Origin: the human T2T-CHM13v2.0 reference genome, Homo sapiens
Assembly (NCBI RefSeq): GCF_009914755.1
Contig: NC_060939.1
Reading direction: 5' to 3' (one strand)
Length of the DNA stretch: 64,000 nt
The translations under genes were made by a program, and so were the position numbers. Positions 41,695-57,155 of the stretch are shown here, one piece after another. Within the stretch, counting starts at the first letter, position 1. Each line of letters begins with the position of its first letter. The notes beneath the pieces were generated by a model, which was not told the DNA's origin, made no database searches, and saw only the letters and a program-made list of their open reading frames with translations.

Positions 41695-44139
41695 CAAAGC
41701 CCCCTAGTCTCTACTTGTGTAGGTTTTTTTTCCTCTTAATGCAGAACTTCCTTTCCTTATTCATTCTCATATTGAGTATTCCACGTCGTGGTTGCATCCT
41801 TTTGTGATTTCCTACAGTGTTGATTTGTGCATTCCACCTCATACACTCTCTGCATTTGACAAACAGGTCTTGCCATGGCAGACAAGAGAAAGACTGGGCC
41901 ACATGCAGCCTCTTGAGCTCTCTGCACTCATCACCCCACAGGCATCTGCATGTGGCCCCTTCTTTAGCCAGCATCCCGCCATCTTGAATCGAGGTTATCA
42001 GGAAAGACGTTGTCACATGAGATTCACCGTCTATCAGTTTTTCCCTAATTTATTCAATCTAATCACCTTATGAAAATGGGAAGTGAGGTTAGTCAGATTC
42101 GATTTGTCTTCAGAACACCCCTTTGTGCTCATATTTATTGCCTTTATTTTATTTTTTAGAATCCACAAACCATGGTTAACTTCACTCTGTAATTTTGCTA
42201 ATGTCATTTCCAGAATCTGTGTCAGTCTTTAAAAACTAAGCAGTTACCTAGTGCCAGTCTTGGTGGTATTTTCTCTGTTTTTCCATATTTTTCCCATGTA
42301 GTCTTTGTTGCGTCTGCAGTTTTGTCTGCATCTAGTAACACGTGGGGCTTGCAGGGGGGACTTGAAGTCATTTGAAGATGTATTTTCCTTCTTTCCCCTT
42401 TATTTCCAGGTTCCGGTTCCTTCGTAACCACATTTGTTCAGCCTTTGGGGGTTGAAGAGCATTATCCTTGAAGGCAAAATAAAGCATACAGAATTACAGT
42501 TAAGTGAATACAATTCCTTGCTGAACCATCTGCTCTAAATTGAAGACCCATCCTTTGCTCCTGCTTTTTTCTGCTCCAAAAAAAATGGCTTTCTGAGATC
42601 TTTGCTTTTCAGAACCTTAGTCTCTCTTGGGCCAGAGCAGGGCAAATAACTTCGCTTAGAAGTCCCTGCCACGCTTCTATATCCATCCTTAAAAATAGGA
42701 CGCTCCTTCCATCATTTGTCACTGGAAATTCTAAGTTGATCCAAGGGTTCTCTTTTAAACTATAGACTCATCTTATTACTTCCTCCCATGTAGTATTAGT
42801 GAGAGTGTTTATTTTCTTGGACTTCCTTCTCTCCAAAGCCATGTTCCCTATAATTTCCCTTTCAAACAATTTGCAATTGTTCTAATATCCAGTTGAGGTC
42901 TGTTCAGACCTTCACCGCTCTACCTTCACTTTTCCGCTGAGAAAAGGCACCTCTTATCACTGTCCCCTGCCTAAGAAAGCCTTGCTGGCAGCAGCATGGG
43001 TAGGGTTTATGGGAGTACCTGGACTTCAGGATCCTCAGGATAAATTGCAGCATCCAGAGTTGATTGGAGAGAACAAGCTCAACCCCTTCCCACTTTTAGC
43101 TTTCTTTACTGTGGAAGGATTTGGCTTTTAGGTTTCTTTACTGTGTTACCCAGTTAATTCTTTCATAATGGAAAGACAAACATCATGTCAGTTTCTCCCT
43201 CCTGCCAGAAAATACATTCCCAAACATCTCAAGGTCTCCCTGTCTGTGCCCTTCCAGAAGGTAGCCCTTGCCTGGCAGTTGCCCTTCTGGGCTATCAGAG
43301 CACCCAGCCAGCTGCTCTGCTGTGCCCGTCTCAGGAAGCCTGGCAGGCACATAAGTCCATTCTTAGCTTTCTGTCATTCCAAGCCGAGGGTGCTGGGGCC
43401 TGATTGCCACCTGGACTGCCGGTAAGAAGGCTGGAACTCAGGCAAGGCTGCAGAGGGAAGAGTGGGTCCCATGCCCCTTCCCTAGGGCAGCCCTGCAGCC
43501 TGGCAGCCCGTCATTTCACTGAGCAAAGGGATCTCAGGAAAAGCCAGCTTAGAAGAGAGATTACTGTATTCGTTTTCTTATTACTCTCAAGGTGCTTGCT
43601 TTTTCCTGAAGATAATGGTTAGAACTGAGAATATTGGCAGGCTCCAAGCATCACACACAGTCCTTGGAAAAAAACAAAATACAGTGGATTTTCACTCCCA
43701 ACATGGAGAGGGTCCCAGGGACTGATGTGCCTATCTTCCCAGAAGTGCAGAAGCAGACCAGGAGACCAGTCCATCTGTGAGGACACAGTCCCAGAGAGAT
43801 AGATTTTCCTCAGGCCCCACCTTTGGGGATAGAGAATCCAGCCCCATCCAGACCCAGCGCTTGAGCCTCCAGACATTGACCAGAATGTCTGCTGCTTCTT
43901 GATGCGAGTTCTCCTAGAACCTCATGTGCCAGCCAGCTAAAAGAATCACTGATCATCAGAGGCTGCATGAGCTGTCAGAGCCATCCCATTTCTCAGTGGA
44001 CAAATGAGCACATTTGGTTGCAGAAGGGAGAGTGGCCTTGCCCTCGGCGACACCAGGGGACTAACAGAACCTGAATGTGGACCCAGCTTTGATGATGGTT
44101 AATAATAATGCTTATTATTAAACAAAGCCCAACTCTTTG

Positions 44140-44310
44140 CTGGGCAGTGTTCAAGGCTAATGGCATTTGCCATCTCTCCTTTTTATTGTAAGTATGATAC
44201 ATCCTATTGTCCCCAGATTCCCAGGTGAGGAAACAAGAAGCAGAGAAGTGGTGTGACTTGCCCGTGGTCACACAGCGGGTAAGGGGTCAGCTGAATTTGG
44301 ACTTGAGCCT
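44140..44310 (-). mobile_element. MIR SINE
   Basis: CAGGTGAGGAAACAAGAAGCAGAGAAGTGGTGTGACTTGCCCGTGGTCACACAGC. Confidence 0.75.
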
Positions 44311-44867
44311 CATCATCACTATTGATTAAATGCAGCCATCTTCTAATGCTGTGCTAGGTTCCTGTATAAGCGTGAGAGTGTGTGAGTGTGTGTGTGTGTG
44401 TTTGTGCACGCCTGATCCGTGTAGCATCTCTAGAAGGTGGAGGGTGTTTCCACAGATCCAGAAACTGAGGTCAAGTCCTGAGAGTCTAAGTTCAGTGCCC
44501 TTTCTACTATTTAAGGGAAAGAGGCCTGTCTGTGAGTTCTAACCCTATACATAAAGAATAAATGGGGTTCATTATTGAGTTTTTCCCCTTTTATTCTGTA
44601 AGTTAAAATCAACCAAATGGTTGAGTTTTACCCCTCACCCATCCCCTAAGCCCATTCCTTTTAAGGGAATGGCCTTCAGATGACCTTGAAGATAGGATGT
44701 TGGGTGTCCCGCAGGGTATGGCTACACCCCACTGGATGACCCCACCTGCTATCCCATGGAAGAGAAGAACAGGCAAATGTGGCCCATCACCCCATTCACG
44801 TAGGGACACCTAGTGTTCTCTGGGAGATGAATATTCCAAACCCACATCACCATAGTCCCCATCAGGG

Positions 44868-45294
44868 ATAATGCTTTCCTGGGGCTGCAGAAACAAAGTA
44901 CCATAAACTGGGTGGCTCAAAGCAACCCAAATGTATTCTTTCACAGTCCTAGAAGCCAGAACTCCACGATCAAGGTGTCTTAGGGTTAACTTCTTCTGGA
45001 GGCTCTAAGGAAGAATCTGTGCCTGCCCCGCCTGCCTTCTGGTGGTTGCTGGCAATGCGAGGTGTTATTTGGCTTAGAGACACGTCCCTTCAATCTCTGC
45101 CTGCAATGGCCTTCCCCTCTGTGCCTGTGTCTTTCTCTCCTTTCTCTTAGAAGGACATCAGTCATTGTATTTAGAGCCTATCCTGAGATCCTTCATTTCA
45201 TCTTCAGTGACTCTTATTTCCAAATGCATCGCACTCACAAGTGCTGGCGTCAGGGTTGGAGCAGTATCTGTTTGAAGGCACTATCCAACCCACT
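44868..45294 (-). mobile_element. MLT1 (MLT1C-like) MaLR LTR
   Basis: AACAAAGTACCATAAACTGGGTGGCT...TTCTGGTGGTTGCTGGCAAT...CTATCCAACCCACT. Confidence 0.8.
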
Positions 45295-46496
45295 CTGTCA
45301 CTCCTCTGTCATGGTATATCAGCAGCTGGGGAAGCAGTTGGAAGTCTCGGGGTAACTGAGCTTTCCCCTTTCCATCTCCACCCTCTCTTACCAAGTAGAT
45401 CAACCTCTTCCCTAGGGGGGTGTTTCCTGTCACAGAGAAAGGCCAAAGCCAGCGTGCTAGAACAGGTTTCTGCAAGGACACTGTTACCTGTCTGTTTCCA
45501 AGAAGCTGTCGGGTGCCCTGTGGCTGGGCTGGTTTAGCTTTCTCTCTGCCCTCAGGCAGGGGGCTGGGTTCCATAACTTCCCAAAGCCCTTTGCAACCGG
45601 GGCACACACCACTTTCTCTGGCAGCATGGGTCCATCCTCAGGAGTGTCACATTCCCCATGCTTCTTCCGTCACCCTTGTCCAGCACTTTTCCCCAGGGCT
45701 TCACAGGACACATGCCTGGCCCTCAGGGAAGGTTGTCACTTCACTCATTATCCCGCCTGTGAGCAGCGGCTGGCAGTGTGCCCACCGTGAGCTCTGTGCC
45801 CCCGACCAGATGGCACACGAGGAGCCCAGGGCTGCTCATTCCACAGTAAGCCTAGTGGCTGGCTTCCCTGGATTTAGATATCAAAATTCACATTGGTGGA
45901 GAGAAGAGGGCTGTATCGATGCAGGGGTCTCTACACTGAGGCCTCCTTTAGCACAGAAGACCCTGTGACCTCATCAGACCAGCATTGCTGCCCAGAGCCC
46001 TAACACAGCCTGATAAGTGCATATCACTGTAGTCAGTCATGCATGGCTTAATGATGAAGACACTTTCTGAGAAATGCGTCGTTAGGCAATTTTGTCATTG
46101 CGGGGACATCACAGGGTGTACTCACACAAACTCAGATGGTGTATCCTACCGTACACCTAGGCTATAGGGTGTAGCCTGTTGTTCCTAGGCTACAAACCTG
46201 TACAGCATGTGACTGTACTGAATACTGTAGGCAGTTGCAACACAACGGTAAGCATTTGTGTATCTAAACATAGAAAAGGCACAGTAAAACTACAGCATAA
46301 AAGATAAACAGTGGTACACCTATAGAGGGCACTTACCATGAATGGAGCTTGCAGGACTGGAAGTTGCTCTGGGTGAGTCAGTGAGTGAGTGGTGAGTGAA
46401 TGTGAATGCCTAGGACAGTATTGTACACTCCTGTACCATAGGCTACACTACATTTATTTCAAAAAAATTTTCTTCACAAATAAATTAACCTTAGCC

Positions 46497-47076
<580 letters not shown>

Positions 47077-49569
47077 TAAGATAAAACATACACATTAACC
47101 TTGGCCTACCCAGAATCAGGATCATCAAGACATAATTGGGTGATGGAGATTTTGCAGCTTCATTATTATCTTATGGGACCACTGTCATTGTATTCGAGGT
47201 TCATCATTGACTGAAACATTTGTTACACAGTTCATGGCTATATTTGGATCTGAGCTCCTGCAGGCACTGTCTCATATTTTGACATCCACAGTAATTAATG
47301 ACGTGCCTTATACGTGTTCGGTGAGTAAGTGTTTGTAAATTAATGTTTGTGAATTAGCATTTTCCCTCTTTTCTACCTTTGCACTGGGGTCTGGTATACA
47401 TAGGTGCCTAATAAATGATCCTTGTTCTTCTGGGTTTCCCCTCTCCTTCAATGAGTCTAGGGGTGTTTAGAGGCTGACTGGCTCATGCCCACAGCTCAGC
47501 CCTAATAATATTTCAGGACCACAAATATCAGACTGAGAGTGGACAGAAATGAATGTGGACATGGATGAAAGGGAGGGCTTGTCTGAGTTCCATCCCAGGG
47601 ATCAAAGAGGAAGAGATGCACAGCAGAAGAGATCTTCTCTCCACTCCCCACTGGCATTTGATTCAAACTCCTAGTTCCTTAGTAGCTGCCCCTCTGAAGG
47701 TCCTGAGAGACTGAGACTTCCCAAGCGTTTGTTCACTGAATCACTCCAGAAGTGTCCTCTTACTGGGATTAGCTATGAAATCTCTAAAACCCAAAGAGCT
47801 AATAGGGCTGTTGGCTGTTGGGAAGATCCTAAGAAAGCTAAGAGGTGGAGGAGGTGCACCCACTGTCCATCCCCACTGGCCACCGTGGTGGAGATGGGGA
47901 GCTACAGGAGGTTCCAGGCCCTCAGGAAAGCAGAGAGTTGAACAGCATGCTAGCAAAACAGGCCAGAAGGACCAGGAGCCTGCCGGGTTGTCCTCCTAGG
48001 CAACCCATCACCCTGTTAGACGCTCCTATGGGTTTGTTTTGTGGATGCACATGTACATCCTTACACAAGGGCCTCCCCTTTGGGGGCGACAAGGGTTTAG
48101 CTACATGGTCATGTCAAGGCTCTGGGTGATACAGGGCAAGATCTGGATTTTGGCAACCCTGTGGCAGTCACGCATCTGCCACCATCCAGATGGCATTGAC
48201 AGACAGCGCCCCAACTCACACCCAGCCCTCCCTGGAGCTCCCACTGCCTTACGTCACTACATGTTGCCCCGGGCCCCTCCTGGAGGCCTTGTCAAAACAG
48301 GATGAAGAGCAAACCCTGAACACTGGGGAAATCCAACTGAGGAAGACCTGAGTGTTACCTAACTCTGAGCCTTCAAAATCCTGTACTAGGACAGCAAACA
48401 CACACACACTATTCTGATTCTGTTCCGGGAAGGGTTTCAGATGGTAAAAGTTTTTGCAAAATGAGTGAGTAAGTGGCAGTTTTATGGAGGAGGTGACATT
48501 TGCATTCTGTCTGAATTTTGTGGGGACAGCTCAAGGAGCAGGCTGACCTGGGTCCAAGTCGGGTCAGTCATCCTGGGAAAAGCAAGGATTCAGTGGCCTG
48601 AATCATGCCAGGCAGGGAACTCTGCAAAGGGGCCCGAGTGCCGTGTGGTCCATGTGGGAAGTGTGAATTGCATCCGGAAGGCAATGAAGAATCAAGCCAC
48701 TAATGAGTTTTGAGGAGGGGGTTCGTGTGGTCAAGTTTGTGTCCTAGAGAAGGCAACTCTGTTGGCAGCACCTTAGAAGGCTTGGAAAGAGAAGGGCTTG
48801 GCAACAGGAGACTGGTTGGCCTGAAGAGTGAATTTCTAATTGTGGACTTTCAGACACTGGCAAGCTGTTAGGGGAGTTATTTTGGGGTGGCGAGATCCAG
48901 AGCTGTGGTCCAGAGGCAGTCTCTGACATGCCAGGTCACTCTCTCGGGCTCCGGCTCCTGTACCTGACTACCACTTGGAGCGTGGCTGTGGGTGTTATCA
49001 TTGTGGTCCCTCTGCTGGATGCTCATTAAGGCTTTCCCTGGAAATCAGTGTCCAACCTTTCTCCCACCACAGGGCAGCCCTGGGATGGCTTCTGAATCAG
49101 GGCCTGCCCGCCTCCTGCAGGTCCCTCTCAGTAGGTCAGAAGGTACAGCTCTGTGGACCCAGACCTTTGGAACCTCAGCATTTCTCAAAGTGGGAGTTGG
49201 TGAGAAGAAAAACCTTGGGACAGAAAACAGCTTAGCCTGGGCTATCAGGTCACCCAAAAAGAACAACCAAAATGGGCAGCTCAGAATAACGCCTTAAGGT
49301 TAGCTCAGGTTCTGCTTATAAATACTAAGCTCCAGGCTAGAGGGAATTTATCCCTTTGGGAACCAGATATGCTCTGATGTTTTACCAGGGTTCATTTTGA
49401 GAACATGGTCATGTTAACTGAGAGTGTGGACCTCAGCAAAGATGGATGTTTTATTAATGTGACAGATGCTGATCGGGACCCCTTGTGCATAGATATCCAG
49501 TTAAACCCATTTCAGTCCAAACCCTGGAAATGTGGGTGGAGTCCTCGGTGTAATGGCATGGTGTAGTGT

Positions 49570-49770
49570 CAGTTTTCTCAAAGCCAGACAGGCTCAGCTG
49601 CAAATCCCAGCTCTGCCACCTGTTAGCCAAGTGACCTGGACATGTGTCCTAACCTCTGCAAGCCTCTCTTTCCCTGTCTATAAAATGGGAACAGTAAGAA
49701 CCATTACAGAGGGTTATTGTGAAGACTGAATGAAATTAGTTAAACTCCACCTGCAGTTGGTTGCTTTAAG
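49570..49770 (+). mobile_element. MIR SINE
   Basis: CAAATCCCAGCTCTGCCAC...AACCTCTGCAAGCCTC...CTATAAAATGGGAACAGTAAG. Confidence 0.8.
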
Positions 49771-49790
49771 TAGTGTAATGAAACTTTTTA

Positions 49791-50357
<567 letters not shown>

Positions 50358-50461
50358 TCATCAGTGACCCCCATGGAGGCACCTGATGCTGAACTTGGCT
50401 TCGAGGTCCTCCCCTTCTCCCCTTCTCGCCTGCTGAACCTTCCCAGAGCGTAAGAGGTAGT

Positions 50462-51722
<1,261 letters not shown>

Positions 51723-52779
51723 AAGAAGAGTTAGGATGAATGGAGACAAACTGGAGTCTCAACTCCAGTTTTTCTGCAAGGAAAAAAGGAGGCTAGGCTA
51801 AATAATTCAGTAGAGTTGCCATAACTGTATGGCCGCCTTTCCCAAGTGGCCCCTATTTCCTGCAGTAATTAAGGGGGATCCATGTGCTCAAACCCCTTTA
51901 TAGCTCTTTTCAAGAAATCATGTTATTTCCTTCTTTTTTTAACAATGTTATTGAGGTATAATTTATATACCATAAAATTCACTCATTTTACGTGCACATT
52001 TTACAGAGTTGCACAACCATCACCACCATCTGATATTAAAACATTTACAACTATTCCTGGTTTAAAGTGGAGAAGAAGTTATGTGCTGGTCCTGTTGAGC
52101 CCCTCACTGGGAAGTTTAAAAGAAAAAAGGTTTCCTGAGCCTGTTAGGAAAGGCAGTGAGGACACGGCTCAGAGGCCAGGAAGCTCCCAGGAAACTTTCC
52201 TTAGATGGAAAGTAGTGAGCTTTCTTACGGGCAACATTCACAAAGGTGAAACCACCAGAGGAGGAGTGGGGACCAGCCACCCTCCATCCTTCCTGTGAGA
52301 GTCTCCAGTGTGGGAGCATCCTCAGTGGAGGGCAGGATTTCTTGGAGAAGAAATTCCAAACAGCCTCCAAGCATTAACCTGCTGCATCCCTCTTGAAGGA
52401 AGGGGAAGAGAAGAGGCCAGGTCAAGTCTAGATTCCAGAGGGGGAGTTGGTAGAGAGGCCAAGCACTCATAGGATGCCCTCAGGCTCTTCAGGGGAAGAG
52501 TGACCCAACGGAAAGAACCTGTTCAAATCCTGGCTTCACCAGTTACCAGCTCTAAGCCTCAGTACCCTCATCTCAAAAATCGGAGAAAATTGTTGTGCTG
52601 TTTCTGGCATTTTGACAAAGTGAATGACAATATGCATCCATAGGGTCTGGGATGCTGAACAAACAGCCACAATTTCAGTTATTGTTAAAGAAAACAGCTT
52701 CTGAGAAATGCAAAACCTGAACACTCTTGAACAAGACATATCTGGTTTATTGCAAGAAATGAGAATGTGTCTTACTGGT

Positions 52780-52970
52780 GAGTTCAAGTCCATATTCTTC
52801 TATTTACTCTGTTTGTGTGGATCTGGACAGGTTGCTTATAGAAGCCTCTCTGAGCCTCAGTTTCCTTATCCATGAAGTGGGCCTAAGAATAGCGCCTGCC
52901 TTGTAAAATTGAGCTGAGGAGCAAATGAGACACCGCACGGACTGTGCTCAGCCAGGGCCCATTGCCTGCC
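52780..52970 (+). mobile_element. MIR SINE
   Basis: CCTCTCTGAGCCTCAGTTTCCTTATCCATGAAGTGGG. Confidence 0.8.
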
Positions 52971-53973
52971 GGGTGCCCTGTCAAGGTTGGCCGTTGTCAT
53001 CAGTGTCACCATCACTGCTGCCCTCTCTATGGCTGGCAGTGGTGAGGACTTGTTGTGGCCGTGTTTTCAAAGGGACCTTCTGTCCCAGATCCCTTGGGTA
53101 CCATCACTCAATATTGCAACTTCTCTGTGCGTAGGAAACTCCCTAACTCAAACCTGAAAGGACAGGCCTATGGAGGAGCGTAATGAGAACTCATATGCAG
53201 TCCCAGGGTGTCTCAGGGAGTCTTCTGGGAGTTTGCTTCTTCACACCTTGTATGTAAATATTAGGAGAGAAGAGTGAGGGAGTCAGCTAGAGCTTAAATA
53301 GGAGAAATGTTGAGGACCAGTCTCACTGATGGCAACCAGGAGGTATGTTTTTGCAGGCCATCATGCCCACTGCTGTGTTGCCACAAACACCCCCTGCTCC
53401 CTCAGGCCAAGGGAATAGGAGCCCAGAGCCCTGTACACCATGCAGGGGTAGGAGGATGTTTGCTCCAGCTTTGCATTAAGAAGGGAGATGGATTCCTAGT
53501 GATGCCCCAGTGAGGCCAAGTTCGATCCCCTCCTCCCTCTGCTTCCCGTGTGGTTTCTTCAGCCTGGGCTGCCTTGCCCTCACCTCAGCCCTCACGTAGG
53601 TCATGTAGCCTACATCCCCGAGGGAGAAGTGAGACTATTCTTACAGCATAGGAAAGTTGACTACGGGAATGACATTAAGAGACTGAACTGGAATCTTTTA
53701 TCTTTGTCTACTCGTCTTCCTCCTAACACAAATGCACTAGACTTCTTACACATTCACAATCAGGAGAAGTACATGCATGATATAGTAAAGCCATTAACCT
53801 GGTGTCAAGTGTTATCAATTGGGTCATTAAATAAGACTCATTAAGCATCGTCTAACTGCAAGTAGATGGTGCTGCACCTTTTGGAACTGGATGTCTAGAG
53901 CCAGAAGCGTCAGTGCAGACTACTCTTTGTGGTTTCCCTTGTAGCTACTAGCCGGCTTGGAAGGAATCACACC

Positions 53974-54344
53974 TATGTTAGTCCTTTTGGGCTCCTGTAA
54001 CAGAATACCATAAACTGGGCAGCATATAAACAACAGAAATGTATTTGTCATGGTTCTGCAGGCGGGGACGTCCAAGATCAAGACACTTGCAGATTCAGTG
54101 TCTCGTGAGGATCAGCTTCTTGATTCATAGACGGCCACCTTCTTACTGTGTCCTCTTCTGCGGGAAGGGGTGAGGCAGCTCCCTGGAGCCTCTTTTTTAA
54201 GGGCACTCACCCTATTCATGAGGGCTTCACCCTCATGACCTGATCACCTCGCAAGGACCCCACCTCTTGATACCATTACCCTGGGTATTAGGATTTCAAC
54301 ATGAATTTGGCAAGTAAGAGTGCACAAACGTTCAGACCATAGCA
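53974..54344 (-). mobile_element. MLT1A/MLT1A0 MaLR solo LTR
   Basis: AACAGAATACCATAAACTGGG...CCAAGATCAAG...GGATTTCAACATGAATTTGG...CAAACGTTCAGACCATAGCA. Confidence 0.9.
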
Positions 54345-55290
54345 GTACTTGGCCAGGCTACCTCCTAATAATACTGCCAAGCGAAATCAGATGGTGCAGG
54401 CGTGATAGAGCGGCACGAAGCTATTTGTGTCTTTCATAATTAGCATGTTTTGAAGGAAAACTTAGCTGTGATAGAGTTAGAAATTAGACTTTTCTGCTCA
54501 GCAAATTAGCTCTCAGATTGCAAACCACGTGAGTCCATTCCCCCACCCCCACCTTACTCCCACTTTCAGAGATGAATCAGATGGTTTACTCTGTTCTACT
54601 TTCCTCTTCAGAAAAGGGAAGCAGAATCCAAACCTAATTAAGACAGCGTTTCAGCGCTATAACTAAATTCATTCATAGCCCAACCACACTGGGATGCATG
54701 AGCTTCCTCTGGCCACTTCATATTGCAAACCTGGTTCAAATAATTATCATTCATCATTTACTCTCAAGTTTAAGTTTCTAGAGAAATTTTTAAAAATTAA
54801 CCCTGCTCTTCTCATGCTTGCTGGGGCCACAACGCTCCAGTCACTTTGATCAAGACAGCACAGAGGCCTCATACTAAAGCAAGCCTCTGAACATGCTCCT
54901 TATTAATTAACAGCTGCAGGCATTTGGAATGTTCTGTCCGAATGGTGTTAACAGCCTCATCCCTTTGGTGGCCAGAACTAGAAAGCAGAAAGATCCCAAG
55001 TGAAGCTCCTCTTTTGAGCTACCTGCTAGCTCCCACCACTCACGCAGGCTTTGGACTCACCTGCCCTGTCACTCACAGCTGTGTGACACTGGACATTCAG
55101 AACCTCTCTGTGCCTCATTCGCCCCACCTGTAACACGCTGGGTCACACAACTCCTTCACACGGTGATGATTCCTAGAGATTCATGAATATTTGGAGATTC
55201 CTACTCTGTGCTAGGCACTGTGCTGGGCGATAGGGAGACAAAGAGAAATAAGACCGAGGTTCTTCCCCTCAATAACTCCATGCTCCAAAT

Positions 55291-55528
55291 CAGTGCTTCT
55301 CATTCAAGGGCTCCCCCCGCCCCCCCCGCCACCCCCCACTCCCCCCAGGGGACATTTGCCAATAGCTGGAGATAATTTTGGTTGTCATGATGGGAGATAG
55401 AGGGTGCTACCAGGATCTAACAGGCAGGTGCCTGGGATGCTGCTGAACATCCTACAATGCCCAGAACAGCCCCATGCCAGGAATTACTCACTTTGTCATG
55501 TCAGTAGTGCTGAGGTTGAGGAACCCTG
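55291..55528 (+). mobile_element. MER20 DNA transposon with expanded C-tract
   Basis: CAGTGCTTCTCA...CCCCCCAGGGGACATTTGCCAATAGCTGGAGATAATTTTGGTTGTCA...GAGGTTGAGGAACCCTG. Confidence 0.88.
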
Positions 55529-56581
55529 ATCTAACAGACCAATCCAGATAGATACGCAGATAATTTCAGTGCAGTGTGATAGGAGTTACGAGAATTAAAT
55601 AAAATATTTTATGTACAGGGGCCAAGACTTGGTAGTTCTCACTGAAAGGTCATGCCCTTCATGCAGTGACCTGCTTCTGCAAGGACTTATGTTGGTAGCA
55701 AACAGCCAGAGAAAGAAGGCAGTCTTTGCATTCACTACGCAAGGGAGGTGTCACTCCAGGTGACCTAAACCTGGCTTGTGTGATCCAGTCCTGCCTCTTG
55801 CTTCCAGCTCTGTCAAAATCCCTGCCCGTCTACAGGTTACCAGGACCTTGGGGGCAGAGGGATCCCAGAATGAGAGCTGGACCTGCTGGGGGAGGAGGCA
55901 ACCTTCAGCATTGAGTATTCCTTTGCACTTGCCCTTCCCTCTCATCTGAACACTCCCATCCCTCACTCGAGCTCTGCTGGGGAAAATGATGAATGAGTCA
56001 CGAAGTGAATCACTGGGGAAAGCCCTCCCCGGGAGCTGTGGCTGAGAACCCACCCAGGCGACATAACTTCCTGGTTCCTTTCTTGCCTCTCCCCACAAAA
56101 GATTAAAAATAAAACGGGAAATAGTTAAGATGACTTGCTGCAGTAACTTTTATACTTTTATAATAAGAAAGTGAAAATGTTTAAAGAAGCCAAACTGGTA
56201 GGCTACCCGAATTAGGTCGAGCACGATGAAGACTCTATTCTGTTGCGTTGGCATCAGGCTCGTTCAGAACCGACTGCTTCAAGCAAGTCATTCTCCCAAA
56301 GAGGCGGAGGCAGGGTGGAAAGAAAACGTGAGCCTAAATTGAAATATCCAGGGCCTTAAGAAATCACTCACGCTCTCTGAGCATCTCGAAGTTTCCTGGC
56401 TTTCAAAATGGGTTTGATGGCACCTCGTACCATTGTTTGGAGGGTAGAGGAGTTCAGGCATGTGAAGGGACTTCGAAAGTTAAACAGCCTTGTACAATTA
56501 TTGCTAAATGTTGGGGACAGGATAATAGCATTGTAGCTTTGTTTTCATCTTTCAAAAACATGTCTTGAAATAATTACGGAG

Positions 56582-56884
56582 GGTCGGGTGCGGTGGCTTA
56601 CGCCTGTAATCGCAGCACTTTGGGAGGCCAAGGTGGGCAGATCACCTGAGGTTAGGAACTCGAGACCAGCCTGGCCCACATGGGGAAACCCCATCTCTAC
56701 TAATAATACAAAAATTAGCCAGGTGGGATGACGCATGCCTGTAATCCCAGCTACTCAGGAGGCTGAGGCAGGAGAATTGCTTGAACCCCAGGAGGTGGAG
56801 GTTGCAGTGACCCAAGATCAGGCCACTACACTCCAGTCTGGGTGACAGAGCAACACTCTAGACTTTTTTTTTTTGAGACAGAGT
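56582..56884 (+). mobile_element. AluS with inverted 3' end/tail
   Basis: Body to ACTCT (56859), then AGAC-T11-GAGACAGAGT; TSD TTACGGAG (56574-56581) / TTATGGAG (56884-56891). Confidence 0.93.
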
Positions 56885-56889
56885 TATGG

Positions 56890-57155
56890 AGGAAATGATA
56901 TTCGGGATTTGCTTTAACATAAGGATGGAGGAGTGGAAGGGGGCAGAGATGGAACCTTGACTGTGAGTTGATGATGGTTGTGACTAGTGAGAGGTATCTG
57001 TGCCTTCATTCTTCTAGTCTATTCTCTCTACTTTTAAATTTGAATTTCCACCATTTAAAAACATCTGTTAGATATTTTAGGTATACTGAACTATATACTT
57101 AAAAATGGTTAAGATGGTAAATTTTATGTTATGGACATTTTATCACAATTAAATA
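56890..57155 (+). mobile_element. Old L1M 3' fragments
   Basis: GGGATTTGCTTTAA...CTATTCTCTCTACTTTT; ACTTAAAAATGGTTAAGATGGTAAATTTTATGTTATG. Confidence 0.65.

Noticed and set aside
45420-45968. 182-aa ORF, the longest non-L1 ORF
   Set aside because: GTG start, no recognisable domain, and part of it looks L2-derived
51748-51775. 10-bp stem hairpin followed by a T-run, resembling an intrinsic terminator
   Set aside because: Bacterial terminators are not meaningful here; a short stem is compatible with chance or a template switch
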